A stretch of 64,000 bases of DNA from an uncultured Clostridiaceae bacterium (GTDB lineage: Bacteria; Bacillota; Clostridia; TANB77; CAG-508): contig CANRSN010000008.1 in NCBI GenBank assembly GCA_947642455.1, forward strand, positions 15,389 through 79,388, written 5' to 3'. Every line of letters starts with the position of its first letter. Position 1 is the first letter of the stretch. Positions 48,645 to 59,333 of this stretch are shown piece by piece. The notes under the pieces were generated by a model. That model was given only the letters and a program-made list of their open reading frames with translations. It was not told the DNA's origin and ran no database searches. The position numbers and the translations under genes were made by a program.

Positions 48645-49001
48645 ATGGATATACACAATATGAAAAATATGGTAGTATTAAAAAATTTACCATCAAATAT
48701 AATAGAAGAGGCTTTTGTTGTTTTAAAAAATAATGTGAAAATACATAAAACAGAAACAGTAGATAAAATAAAAGGAAAACAGAAAATGGAACCAAAGGAA
48801 ACGAAATTAAATAATAATGAATATGTAATAAAAGAGGCAGAACTTATAATATCAGAATATATGAATAAAATTAATAAAAAAGAATTTGATAATATATGTA
48901 ATAATAAGAAGTTGGAAATGAAGTGTAAGAGACTAAAGGCTATTTCTTGCTTTTTAGGAGCATTTTCAATACTTGCTAGTATATGTATTTTATTTGGATA
49001 G
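48645..49001 (+). CDS. hypothetical protein with a C-terminal TM helix
   Basis: Intact ORF, followed by a strong terminator. Confidence 0.5.
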   Translation: MDIHNMKNMVVLKNLPSNIIEEAFVVLKNNVKIHKTETVDKIKGKQKMEPKETKLNNNEYVIKEAELIISEYMNKINKKEFDNICNNKKLEMKCKRLKAISCFLGAFSILASICILFG

Positions 49002-49020
49002 GGACTTTTGGCTATGTGTC

Positions 49021-49062
49021 TGTGTGTTATAAATAGATATTAATAACACACAGATTTTTTTG
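49021..49062 (+). terminator. intrinsic terminator
   Basis: ctgtgtgttat / ataacacacag followed by attttttt. Confidence 0.75.
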
Positions 49063-49077
49063 AGGTATCATATAATC

Positions 49078-49222
49078 AGCAAAAAAGAATACAATTTGTT
49101 TCATTTCATAGATTAAAATCAGAATTATATAAGTACTATAATAACGTTTTTTACTGGCTTCGTGGGTAGCTCTGAGTCATGCCTACTATAGAAGCCATAA
49201 AAGTTTTGTAATAATAATATGA
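49078..49222 (+). repeat. nested-palindrome element P3 (right half deleted)
   Basis: The left outer arm and core 'ttactggcttcgtgggtagctctgagtcatgcctactatagaagcc' are present. The right arms are missing. Confidence 0.75.
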
Positions 49223-49269
49223 TTTTCGAATATACATGTGATAAAGAGGTGTTAATATTGGAAAAAACA

Positions 49270-50328
49270 ATGAGCTCGGAAGAAAGAATAAGACGAGCTG
49301 AGGAGATATACAACAGAAGGAGAGAAAGATATAATGGAAATATAAGAGTGTCAAGTTCTTCAGTAAACGTCAACTCAAAACCAGAGTATGCAATATTTAA
49401 AAAAGTAATATTACAAGTTTTAATATGTCTATTAATATATTTAATTTTTTACTTAATAAAAAATTCAAATTACATATTTTCAGCAGATGTATTAGAAAAA
49501 ACAAAAGAATTTTTATCATATGACATAAATTTTCAAAATGTATATGAAGTCGTAAGTACATATTATAACAATGCAATTAAATGGCTAGAAGAATTTAATA
49601 AAAATCAAGAGAATAATGAGTTGGTAGAAAATCAACTGGAAAATAATCAACAAGAAAATAGCCAAGCGGAAAATAGTCAGCAAGGAAAAGATGAAGAACA
49701 AAAAAATAGTGAGGGCAAGCAGGGAGAACAAAATGGGGAACAAGAAAAAGATGAAAAAACGGAAAACGAAAACTTACAAGAAGAAAGTGGTAATACAGCT
49801 GGTTCAGAAGATGGAGAACAAACGGTACAAACCTCTCAATTAGTGGGAATTGGAGGAGGAGAAGACGAAAACCATCAGGATGAAGTACCAGCTCCACAAG
49901 TACAATTATCACAAATGGAAATAGATGCAAATGAAATAAAACAAAATTATAGTTTTGCAATTCCATTAAAAGGTACAATAAGTTCAAGATATGGACCAAG
50001 GCAAGCAACAGAAATTGTTTCTGGTAATCACAAAGGAATTGATATAGCAGTAAATGAAGGAACTGTATTTTGTGCAGCAATGGAAGGAACTGTAACAGAG
50101 GTGTCTGGAGAAGGAAGCTATGGCAACCATATATATATTCAAAATGGTGATGTAGTAACATTATATGCACACTGTAAAAAGATATATTTACAAAAGGGGC
50201 AAAAAGTGACTCAAGGAATGCAAATTGGCGAAGTAGGTAGTACAGGAAATGTTACAGGTCCTCATTTGCATTTTGAAATAAGAAAGGCTGGTAGAGTAGT
50301 AAATCCAGAGTATGTACTGGCTTTTTAA
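49270..50328 (+). CDS. M23 family metallopeptidase with an N-terminal TM helix and a Q/E/N-rich linker
   Basis: 'NHKGIDIA' and 'GNVTGPHLHFEI'. The start is uncertain (TTG 49258 or ATG 49270). Confidence 0.8.
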   Translation: MSSEERIRRAEEIYNRRRERYNGNIRVSSSSVNVNSKPEYAIFKKVILQVLICLLIYLIFYLIKNSNYIFSADVLEKTKEFLSYDINFQNVYEVVSTYYNNAIKWLEEFNKNQENNELVENQLENNQQENSQAENSQQGKDEEQKNSEGKQGEQNGEQEKDEKTENENLQEESGNTAGSEDGEQTVQTSQLVGIGGGEDENHQDEVPAPQVQLSQMEIDANEIKQNYSFAIPLKGTISSRYGPRQATEIVSGNHKGIDIAVNEGTVFCAAMEGTVTEVSGEGSYGNHIYIQNGDVVTLYAHCKKIYLQKGQKVTQGMQIGEVGSTGNVTGPHLHFEIRKAGRVVNPEYVLAF

Positions 50329-50390
50329 TATAATTTGCACAATAGTAGAGAGACAGAGCATTAGAAAATACAGAGAGGATGAGGTTTTGT

Positions 50391-51083
50391 ATGCAAATAA
50401 AATTAAATACGAAAATCTTTTTAATAATTATACTCTTCATAATAACGAAACAAATAGAAATATATTCAATATTAATGTTTTTTGCAATAGTACATGAACT
50501 AGGTCATTTATTAGTAGGAGTGATACTAGGATTCAAACCTAAAAAATTTACGATATTACCATTTGGGGCAACTATATGCTTTAAAGTCTCTAATAATGAT
50601 TATAATAGAAAAATAAAAAATGGAAGTAGGTTATCAATAAAGAAATTGATAATAGCACTAGCAGGACCAGTTACAAATTTACTAATTATACTAGCATTTA
50701 TAATGTTCAATTTTGAACCTTTTGGAATAAGTAAAGAGTTAATAGTTTATAGTAATATATTAATTGCAATTTTCAATTTAATTCCTATTTATCCACTAGA
50801 TGGTGGCAGAATAATAAAGAATATATTACATATTTTCTATGGTCTAAAAAAAGCATACATATATACAAATAAGATTTCAAATATTGTAGTAATTATATTA
50901 ACTGCAATTTCAAGTATAGCAATATTATATTTCAAAAATATATCTATTTTAATAATACTTGCATACTTATGGTGGATTGTAATTTTAGAAAATAAAAAAC
51001 ATAAAAGTAAAATGAGAATATATAGGTTGATGGAAAATAAAGACGAAATTACATATAATGTAAAAAATGCTCTAAACAAGTAG
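50391..51083 (+). CDS. M50 site-2 protease (SpoIVFB-like)
   Basis: 'HELGH', 'NLIPIYPLDGGR' and multiple TM helices. Confidence 0.8.
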   Translation: MQIKLNTKIFLIIILFIITKQIEIYSILMFFAIVHELGHLLVGVILGFKPKKFTILPFGATICFKVSNNDYNRKIKNGSRLSIKKLIIALAGPVTNLLIILAFIMFNFEPFGISKELIVYSNILIAIFNLIPIYPLDGGRIIKNILHIFYGLKKAYIYTNKISNIVVIILTAISSIAILYFKNISILIILAYLWWIVILENKKHKSKMRIYRLMENKDEITYNVKNALNK

Positions 51084-51190
51084 AAAATAGGAGATTTTTG
51101 TCGAAAAAATAAGCCGAAAAGTACTTGTAAAATTCTGGAAAATATTATACAATTGAGGGCGTAGTTTAATAAAAGGAGGATAAAAAACAA

Positions 51191-51469
51191 ATGAAAAAGT
51201 TATATGGCAGCATTGAAATTAACAAAAATTTAGAAGAGGAAGGAAAATCAATTACAAAGTATATTGACTATTATAAATTGAAAGATGAAAAATATGGATT
51301 TGAAATTGTAAAAAAGAATGATTTAAAACAAAATGTGCAAGTAACAAATATAAATGATATAACTGAAAATGAAAGTAAAATAAATAATTTTCTAAATATC
51401 TTAGTAGATTTAGAAATAACACCAGAAAGAGAAGATGTAATAGAAGATTTAGTTAAAAAACATATTTGA
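51191..51469 (+). CDS. hypothetical protein (92 aa)
   Basis: RBS aaaggagga. Intact ORF. Confidence 0.5.
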   Translation: MKKLYGSIEINKNLEEEGKSITKYIDYYKLKDEKYGFEIVKKNDLKQNVQVTNINDITENESKINNFLNILVDLEITPEREDVIEDLVKKHI

Positions 51470-51533
51470 AAAGTTGATATAATATTAAATTCTAATTTTT
51501 GTGCCAGTTACTGACATAAAAATTAGAATTTTT

Positions 51534-51590
51534 TATATAATAGGAAAGCATAACAATTTGTTATACTTTCCTATTATATAAAAGCTTTGC
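51534..51590 (+). repeat. H-element hairpin A plus linker only (H3)
   Basis: 'tatataataggaaagcataacaatttgttatactttcctattatataaaagctttgc' is nearly identical to 18971-19027. Confidence 0.75.
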
Positions 51591-51604
51591 TAAGCTATAG
51601 AATA

Positions 51605-51847
51605 TTACATTGGTCCGTCCCTTTTGGGACATTTTTGTCCCGATTTGCTCCGTCCCAAATTCTCCAATTCTTTACATTTTATTTTGTATTCTATTTGTTG
51701 AGTTAAACAACGATAATACATATAAGTTTGTTCATATTGCATAATAGGGTTAAACATTGGATTATCGTAAAATGGATTATCATTTGTATCAAATTGTGAA
51801 TATGGGGGAAATCCACCAAAAGTATTAAAATCATAATTCTTATCCAT
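51605..51847 (-). CDS. hypothetical small protein (80 aa)
   Basis: Intact ORF. Its N/P/F/Y-rich N-terminus resembles spore-coat-associated small proteins (weak). Confidence 0.4.
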   Translation of the reverse strand: MDKNYDFNTFGGFPPYSQFDTNDNPFYDNPMFNPIMQYEQTYMYYRCLTQQIEYKIKCKELENLGRSKSGQKCPKRDGPM

Positions 51848-51927
51848 ATTGAAATCAGTCCTTATATAATATATTTAGGTTTTTTATGGGGGTTACCTAT
51901 AAACCCATGCTGTAAATAAAAGTAAAT

Positions 51928-53001
51928 TTATAAATTTAAATTAAAGATAGGAAAGCAGTTAATAAAAAGTAATGTATAGGTACTCGCAAAAATAGCTTGT
52001 AGAAATTTACCTATAATATATGGTTTTATTGAAACCTTTGATTTTGAAGTTATACTAAATACTTGAAATAGAATAGAAATACCTCCAAAACCAAGTAAAA
52101 AAGCACAAAGTATAATATTTATAGAAATTGTTTTACAAGGTATACTACAAATTAAACTAGCACCATTAGTTAATTCAATAATTCCAGATACAAAGGCTGT
52201 AGAAAATTTAAAGTTGGTAATACCAAAAATTTTGAAAATAGGGGTAAACATTTGTGCAATAATCTGCAAAATATTACTTGTGTTTAAAATAGATAAAATA
52301 ACGCTAAAAAGAACAACAAAGCCACCAATCATTATTACACTATTTATTGCAGACATGATGCTTTTACTTAAAACTTCACCTAAGTTAGAAAGATGTACAT
52401 TATTGGTAGTTGTTGAAGGATTTAATTTAGTATAATGTACTTTTACTTTTCTAGTTTTCTTGTATTTCCAGAATCTAAAACAAATTCCAACAGAAATACA
52501 AGCTAAAAGATGAGTAATGAAAAGTAATATTCCTATTAATGAATTGCCAAAAAGTGTAACTCCAACAGTGCCTATTATGAATAATGGACCAGAATTGTTT
52601 GTAAAAGCAAGCATTCTTTCTGCTTCTTCATTAGTGCATAAACCTTCTTCTTTAAAGTTTGTTACTATTTTTGCACCAATAGGGTAACCACTAATTATTC
52701 CCATTATGAAAGCATATGCACCACAACCAGGAACATTAAATATTGGTCTCATTATGGGATTTAATAGTTTACCAATTTTAGAAACAATGTTTGTGTGTGA
52801 AAGTAATTCTGTTGCTATAAAAAATGGAAGAAGTGATGGAACTACATTGTTAGCCCACAGGACAAGCCCAGTTTTTGCAGCAGATAAGTTACTTTTTGAG
52901 AATATGACTAGAAATATCGTAAATAGGCAAAAGGCTAATGGAATGAGATTTCTTTTTACAGATAAAAAAATAAATTTGGGTTTATGACAAATAGCTTTCA
53001 T
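51928..53001 (-). CDS. ylbJ: sporulation integral membrane protein YlbJ (nucleoside-recognition domain)
   Basis: Polytopic membrane protein. 'WANNVVPSLLPFFI' and 'SGYPIGAK'. Confidence 0.75.
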   Translation of the reverse strand: MKAICHKPKFIFLSVKRNLIPLAFCLFTIFLVIFSKSNLSAAKTGLVLWANNVVPSLLPFFIATELLSHTNIVSKIGKLLNPIMRPIFNVPGCGAYAFIMGIISGYPIGAKIVTNFKEEGLCTNEEAERMLAFTNNSGPLFIIGTVGVTLFGNSLIGILLFITHLLACISVGICFRFWKYKKTRKVKVHYTKLNPSTTTNNVHLSNLGEVLSKSIMSAINSVIMIGGFVVLFSVILSILNTSNILQIIAQMFTPIFKIFGITNFKFSTAFVSGIIELTNGASLICSIPCKTISINIILCAFLLGFGGISILFQVFSITSKSKVSIKPYIIGKFLQAIFASTYTLLFINCFPIFNLNL

Positions 53002-53211
53002 ATATAGTTATAAGTCCTTTCTATAATGTTTTATTTATGCTAATATAAATAGGTCAAATAGTTTACTATAGTATATTAGTAATTTTAAAAGTTATGATAT
53101 GAATCTGGCAATTAATTTGAAATAAAAAATATTGCAAATATAAGGATTTTTTGTTATTATATAAAAAGTGCAAAATATAATTGCATAGAAACAAAAATAA
53201 AGGAGAGCAAG

Positions 53212-56200
53212 ATGGACATAATAACAACAAAATTAGGAGAACTCCAGAAATTTCAAGAATACATCGAAAAAATAAAAGAAAAAAGCAGTCCGATAACAAT
53301 ATCGGGCTTATCTGACGTTGGAAAAATAAGCATAGCATATGCAACAAAAGAATATAGCAAAAAGCCAATATGTATAATAACATACAATGAATTACAAGCA
53401 AAAAAAATAATAAAAGATTTAAGTTATTTTGAAAAAGAGCAAAACATCAGTTATTTCCCAAAAAGAGAAATAGCAACATATGACTATATAGCACAAAGTA
53501 ACGACTTACCATATGAAAGAATAGAAACCTTAAATAAAATAAAAAATGGGAAAGCAAAAATAGTAGTAACAACAATAGAAGCAGTGATGCAAAAAATGGT
53601 AACAAAAAATACATTATACAAAAATATATTAAAATTCAAAGTAGGAGATACATACAATATAGAAAAACTAAAACAAGAGTTGGTATATTTAGGGTATGAG
53701 AGAAATGATTTAGTAGAAGGAAGAGGGCAATTTAGTGTAAGAGGAGGAATTGTAGATATATCTATAAGTGCAAAAAAAGGAATAAGAATAGAGTTTTGGG
53801 GAGATGAAATTGATTCAATAAGGCAATTTAATATAGATAGTCAACGTTCCACAGAAATGTTAGAAAATGTGGATATATACCCTTCACACGAATTTTTAAT
53901 AGAAGAAAACATAAACAAAATATGTGAAAAGATATTAGAAGATAAGCTACAAACAAAGCAATTAGATCAAATAAGGCAAGAAGATATAGAACAAATAAGA
54001 GCAGGAAATTATATTAGTAAAATAGACAAATACTTTAATTATTTTTATAAAAAGCAAGGAAGTTTTTTAGACTATATAGATAAATATTTAATTTTAATAG
54101 ATGAATATTCAAAAATAAATCAAAGGCAAGAAAATATAATAATTGAAAACAATAATTTAATAAAAGCATTAGTAGATAAACAAAGAATAGTGCCACATTC
54201 AATACAAAATATAAGTGAATACAAATATACTTTAGAAGAAAATCAAGTAATATATTTAGAAAAACAGGATTTTGGAATATCAAAAACAAGTAGTACAAAA
54301 TTTAATTTTAATTACAGAGATGTCAATTACTATAAAAGTGAAATGGAAATATTATTTGATGACATAAAAAAATCAAAAAAGCAAATAATAGTATTAGCAG
54401 GAAATGAAGAAAATGCAAGAAGATTTAGTATATTACTAAATGAACAAGAAATAAAAAACAAGTATATAAAAAACTTAGAAAATGTACAATGCAAAAAAGG
54501 TGAAGTTATTGTATCAGAAGGAAGGCTTTCAGAGGGTTTTGAATGTTATGATTTAAACTTAATTGTAATAACTGGTGAGGAACTATTTGAAACAAATATA
54601 AAAAAAAGAAGAAAGATGTCTTTAGCCTTTAAAGAAGGAGAAAAGGTTGTATTTGCAGACCTAAAAATAGGTGATTATGTAGTACATAAATCACATGGAA
54701 TAGGTCAATTTATAGGTGTAAATACAATAAAAACAGATGGAATTACAAAAGATTATATAAAAATAAGATATAAAAATGATGATATGTTATATATCCCTAC
54801 AAACGATTTAGATAATATCAGAAAGTTTATAGGAGCAGGGGAAAATACGCCAAAAATAAGCAAATTAGGTGGTAAAGACTGGGAAAATACAAAATCAAAA
54901 GTAAAAAGAAATCTACAAGAAGTTGCAAAAGAACTAATAGATTTATATGCAAAAAGGCAGAAAATAAAAGGGTTTGCATTTTCAAAAGATACAGACTGGC
55001 AAAAGCAATTTGAAGATAGTTTTCCATATGCAGAAACAGAAGATCAACTTCGTTGTATAGAAGAAACTAAAAAAGATATGGAACAACCACGTCCAATGGA
55101 TAGGTTATTATGTGGAGATGTAGGGTATGGAAAAACAGAAGTTGCAATACGTGCAGCATTTAAGGCTGTAATGGATCAAAAACAAGTTGCATATTTAGTA
55201 CCCACAACAGTACTTGCAAACCAACAATATGAAGGATTTAAAAGTAGAATGGAAGGTTTTGCAATAAAAGTTGAATTATTAAATAGGTTTAGAACAAAAA
55301 AAGAGCAAGCAGAAGTAATAAAAAAGTTAAAATTAGGGGAAGTTGATGTTGTAATAGGTACACACAGGTTATTAAGTAAAGATGTTGAATTTAAAGATTT
55401 AGGACTTCTTATAATAGATGAAGAACACAGATTTGGAGTAAAGGATAAAGAAAAAATAAAGCAATATAAAGCAAATGTTGATGTGCTTACAATGACAGCA
55501 ACTCCAATACCTAGAACACTTCATATGTCAATTGTTGGAGTAAGAGACATGTCAGTTATATATGAACCACCACAAAACAGAAGACCAGTTCAAACATATA
55601 TTTTAGAATATGATGAAGAAGTAGTAAAGGAAGCAATTACAAAAGAATTGGAAAGAGGAGGGCAAGTTTTTTATCTATTTAACAATGTAGAAGGAATAGA
55701 AAAAAAGGCAGATCAAATATCAGATTTAGTACCAGAAGCAAATGTTACTGTAGCACATGGTAAAATGTCAGGCAATGAACTAGAAGAGATAATGATGGAT
55801 TTTATAGATGGGAATACAAATGTATTAGTTTGTACAACAATATTAGAATCTGGAATTGACATTCCAAATGCAAATACTATAATAGTGGAAAATGCAGATA
55901 GACTGGGTTTAGCACAACTATATCAAATTAGAGGAAGAGTTGGAAGAGCAAATAAACAAGCATATGCATATATTACCTATAAAAGAGACAAACTATTAAC
56001 AGAAGTTGCAGATAAAAGGTTGAAAGCAATAAAAGAATTTACAGAGTTTGGTTCAGGTTTTAAAATTGCTATGCGTGACTTAGAAATAAGGGGAGCTGGA
56101 AGTTTACTAGGAGAAATTCAACATGGTCATATGGAACAGGTTGGATATGATACATATTGCAAATTATTGGATGATGTAATAAAACAAATGCAAGGAATAG

Positions 56201-56670
56201 AAGTATATGAAGAACAAGATGTTCAAATAGATTTAAATGTATCAAGCTATATACCAGAAGAATTTATTAGTGATAGTAGTCAGAAAATAGAGATTTATCA
56301 GGATATTGCATTATGTAGAACTGAACAAGATGTTCAAAATATTATTGATGAAATAATTGACAGATTTGGTAGCATGCCAAAAGAGGTTGAAAATTTAATT
56401 GAAATAGCCAGAATTAAGGAAATGTGTAAAAAAGCAAATGTAGTGAAAGTATCTCAAAAAAGAGACAGTGTAGTATATATATTTGATGCACAAAAATTTA
56501 ATGTTGATTTAGTAAACATTTTAGTTAAAGAATATGGCAATAAAATAAAATTTTCGCCAGGAAGTCAACCATATGTAACATACAAATTGCAAGGGGCAAG
56601 AGGAACAGGAGAAGCTCCTAAGCTTAGTTTAAATGAGGTTAAGGAATTTTTAGAAATTATGGGAAAATAG
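53212..56670 (+). CDS. mfd: transcription-repair coupling factor
   Basis: 'LCGDVGYGKTEVA', 'IIDEEHRFGV', 'QLYQIRGRVGR' and a CarD-like segment 'GDYVVHKSHGIGQF'. Confidence 0.95.
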   Translation: MDIITTKLGELQKFQEYIEKIKEKSSPITISGLSDVGKISIAYATKEYSKKPICIITYNELQAKKIIKDLSYFEKEQNISYFPKREIATYDYIAQSNDLPYERIETLNKIKNGKAKIVVTTIEAVMQKMVTKNTLYKNILKFKVGDTYNIEKLKQELVYLGYERNDLVEGRGQFSVRGGIVDISISAKKGIRIEFWGDEIDSIRQFNIDSQRSTEMLENVDIYPSHEFLIEENINKICEKILEDKLQTKQLDQIRQEDIEQIRAGNYISKIDKYFNYFYKKQGSFLDYIDKYLILIDEYSKINQRQENIIIENNNLIKALVDKQRIVPHSIQNISEYKYTLEENQVIYLEKQDFGISKTSSTKFNFNYRDVNYYKSEMEILFDDIKKSKKQIIVLAGNEENARRFSILLNEQEIKNKYIKNLENVQCKKGEVIVSEGRLSEGFECYDLNLIVITGEELFETNIKKRRKMSLAFKEGEKVVFADLKIGDYVVHKSHGIGQFIGVNTIKTDGITKDYIKIRYKNDDMLYIPTNDLDNIRKFIGAGENTPKISKLGGKDWENTKSKVKRNLQEVAKELIDLYAKRQKIKGFAFSKDTDWQKQFEDSFPYAETEDQLRCIEETKKDMEQPRPMDRLLCGDVGYGKTEVAIRAAFKAVMDQKQVAYLVPTTVLANQQYEGFKSRMEGFAIKVELLNRFRTKKEQAEVIKKLKLGEVDVVIGTHRLLSKDVEFKDLGLLIIDEEHRFGVKDKEKIKQYKANVDVLTMTATPIPRTLHMSIVGVRDMSVIYEPPQNRRPVQTYILEYDEEVVKEAITKELERGGQVFYLFNNVEGIEKKADQISDLVPEANVTVAHGKMSGNELEEIMMDFIDGNTNVLVCTTILESGIDIPNANTIIVENADRLGLAQLYQIRGRVGRANKQAYAYITYKRDKLLTEVADKRLKAIKEFTEFGSGFKIAMRDLEIRGAGSLLGEIQHGHMEQVGYDTYCKLLDDVIKQMQGIEVYEEQDVQIDLNVSSYIPEEFISDSSQKIEIYQDIALCRTEQDVQNIIDEIIDRFGSMPKEVENLIEIARIKEMCKKANVVKVSQKRDSVVYIFDAQKFNVDLVNILVKEYGNKIKFSPGSQPYVTYKLQGARGTGEAPKLSLNEVKEFLEIMGK

Positions 56671-56767
56671 TTATTTATTTTTGCATATATTAATTTTCTT
56701 AATGTAAAAAAGTATAAAAACTTAATTTCTGTAGGATTTAAAAGTACCAAGAAAGGATGAATTTGAA

Positions 56768-57556
56768 ATGCAGGTAATATCTAGTAAAGATAATGATATT
56801 GTTAAAAATATAAAAAAACTAAAAGAGAAAAAGTATAGAGACTTAAATAAGGAGTTTATTGTAGAAGGAATTAAGCTAGTAGAAGAAGCGGTACAGGAAA
56901 ATGTGGAAATTAAGAAAATTATAATTTGCGAAGATTGTGCAAATAGTGGATTGTTTGATAAAAATTTGATGTATGAAATTGCAAAACATGATTGTATTTA
57001 TGTAACAGAAAAAGTTTTTCAAACAATATCAGATGTAACAAATCCTCAAGGAATTTTAGCTGTTGTTGCTCAAAATGCTACTGAACAAATAAAATATGAT
57101 GAAGATATTATTCTTGTATTAGATGGAATTCAAGATCCAGGAAATTTAGGTACTATTCTTAGAACTTTAGATAGTGTAAATTTAAAACAAGTAATAATTA
57201 CAGATAAAACAGCAGATCCATACAATCCTAAAGTAGTTCGTTCAACTATGGGTGCAATTTATAGAGTAAATGTAATTCAAACTGAAGATTTGCCTAATTT
57301 ATTGAAAATTATAAAAAAACATAAATATAATATAGTTTCTACTTCATTAGATACCAAAAATAGTATATATGATATAGATTACAAAAAAACAGCTATTGTT
57401 ATAGGAAATGAAGCAAATGGAGTGTCAAAAGAAGTTTTAGATATGTCTGATAAAAAAATTAAAATTCCTATGCTAGGTAAAACAGAAAGTTTAAATGCTG
57501 GAGTTGCAACTGGAATTGTACTATATGAGTATGTTAGACAAATTAAAATGAAATAA
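56768..57556 (+). CDS. TrmH/SpoU-family RNA 2'-O-methyltransferase
   Basis: 'LDGIQDPGNLGTILRT', 'IVIGNEANGVS' and 'SLNAGVATGIVLYE'. Confidence 0.85.
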   Translation: MQVISSKDNDIVKNIKKLKEKKYRDLNKEFIVEGIKLVEEAVQENVEIKKIIICEDCANSGLFDKNLMYEIAKHDCIYVTEKVFQTISDVTNPQGILAVVAQNATEQIKYDEDIILVLDGIQDPGNLGTILRTLDSVNLKQVIITDKTADPYNPKVVRSTMGAIYRVNVIQTEDLPNLLKIIKKHKYNIVSTSLDTKNSIYDIDYKKTAIVIGNEANGVSKEVLDMSDKKIKIPMLGKTESLNAGVATGIVLYEYVRQIKMK

Positions 57557-57643
57557 AATGGTTAAATGTAAAGAAATAGATTTTGAGATTCTATGGTCAT
57601 TAATTGAACAGAGAATGGTAGAAATAGAATCCATATAATTAAT

Positions 57644-57682
57644 ATAGAGCTTAGTATAAAAAAATGAATACTAAGCTCTATT
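57644..57682. terminator. bidirectional terminator between convergent genes
   Basis: atagagcttagtat / atactaagctctat. Confidence 0.7.
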
Positions 57683-57750
57683 TATATGACTTAGAAAGTA
57701 TAATAGCTTCCATGCGCAAAACGAAGCATTTGTTCATGTTACTGTTATTC

Positions 57751-59142
57751 TTAGAATTCGCAGTTTTTTGGTGTTCTAGGGAAAGGAATAACATCACGTA
57801 TATTTTGCATACCTGTTAAATACATCATCATTCTTTCAAAACCTAAACCAAAACCAGAATGTTTGATGCTTCCAAAGCGACGTAAATCTAAATACCACCA
57901 GTAATCTTCTTCATTTAAGCCAAGCTCTTTCATACGTGTTTTTAATTTTTCTAGATCTTCTTCTCTTTGGCTACCTCCAATTAATTCTCCAATACCAGGC
58001 ACTAATAGGTCAGTAGCAGCTACAGTTTTACCATCTGGATTTTGTTTCATATAAAATGCCTTTATTTCTTTTGGATAGTCTGTAACAAATACAGGTTTTC
58101 CAAAAACAACTTCACTTAAATATCTTTCATGTTCTGTTTGAATATCTGCTCCCCAAAATACTTTATATTCGAAATTATCATTATTTTTTTCTAATTCTTT
58201 TATAGCATCTGTATATGTAATTCTACCAAACTCAGAATTTACTACATGATTTAATCTTTCTAATAGACCAGGGGCAATAAACTTATCAAAGAATTCCATT
58301 TCTTCTGGTACATTTTCTAATACATAAGAAATGATGTATTTTATCATATCTTCTGCTAAGTCCATGTCATCATTTAAGTCAGCAAAACACATTTCAGGTT
58401 CGATCATCCAAAATTCGGCAGCATGTTTTACAGTATTTGAATTTTCTGCTCTAAAAGTTGGACCAAATGTATATACATTTCTGAATGCGAATGCGTAATT
58501 TTCGACATCTAGTTGTCCACTTACAGTAAGATGTGCATTTTTTCCAAAAAAGTCTTTGCTAAAGTCAACTGCACCATCTTCAGTTTTAGGAAGTTCATTA
58601 AAGTCTAAAGAAGAAACACTAAACATTTCTCCAGCACCTTCTGCATCGCTACTTGTAATTATTGGTGTATGAACATAAACAAAACCTCTTTCATTGAAAA
58701 ATTTGTGTATTGCAAATGATAATACACTACGTACTCTAAATACTGCATTAAATGTATTTGTACGTGGACGTAAATGTGATATTGTTCGTAAATATTCAAA
58801 TGAGTGTCTCTTTTTTTGAAGAGGATAGTCACTATCTGAAATGTTACATATTTCAATTTTACTAGCTTTTATTTCAAATGGTTGTTTTGCATTTTCTGTT
58901 TTTACAACTGTTCCTGTAACTATTATAGATGAACTTATTGAAAGTTTGCAAATTTGCTCAAAGTTTTCCAATTTTTCATCAAATACTATTTGTACATTTG
59001 TGTAAAATGAACCATCATTTAATTCTATAAAACCAAATGATTTTGAGTCTCTTACTGTTTTTACCCAGCCAGATACTTGCACTTGTGTACCTATATACTT
59101 TTCTTCATTTCGATATAAATTTTTTACTAATGTATTTTCCAT
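57751..59142 (-). CDS. asnS: asparagine--tRNA ligase
   Basis: Class II aaRS motifs '[19 protein letters not shown]' and '[12 protein letters not shown]'. Confidence 0.9.
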   Translation of the reverse strand: MENTLVKNLYRNEEKYIGTQVQVSGWVKTVRDSKSFGFIELNDGSFYTNVQIVFDEKLENFEQICKLSISSSIIVTGTVVKTENAKQPFEIKASKIEICNISDSDYPLQKKRHSFEYLRTISHLRPRTNTFNAVFRVRSVLSFAIHKFFNERGFVYVHTPIITSSDAEGAGEMFSVSSLDFNELPKTEDGAVDFSKDFFGKNAHLTVSGQLDVENYAFAFRNVYTFGPTFRAENSNTVKHAAEFWMIEPEMCFADLNDDMDLAEDMIKYIISYVLENVPEEMEFFDKFIAPGLLERLNHVVNSEFGRITYTDAIKELEKNNDNFEYKVFWGADIQTEHERYLSEVVFGKPVFVTDYPKEIKAFYMKQNPDGKTVAATDLLVPGIGELIGGSQREEDLEKLKTRMKELGLNEEDYWWYLDLRRFGSIKHSGFGLGFERMMMYLTGMQNIRDVIPFPRTPKNCEF

Positions 59143-59251
59143 AGTTTACCTCCGTCTTTTATTATTAAATATAAGATTTAATAATGTTTTTATTTTTTAT
59201 ATAGTATAACATATTTATCATTTTTTGCAATATAATTTGTTAAATAAAAAC

Positions 59252-59280
59252 TTGACATATTATGTAAAACAATATATAAT
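59252..59280 (+). promoter_or_regulatory. promoter TTGACA-N17-TATAAT
   Basis: ttgaca-tattatgtaaaacaata-tataat. Confidence 0.6.
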
Positions 59281-59333
59281 ATTAATCGGAGCAAATAGTA
59301 AATAATCTTAGTATACTAGGATAAAAAAGGAGA

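Noticed and set aside
59143-59251. T-box leader upstream of asnS
   Set aside because: The minus-strand upstream region is only about 100 nt of AT-rich sequence. It has no specifier-loop/T-box ('AGGGUGGNACCGCG'-like) sequence.
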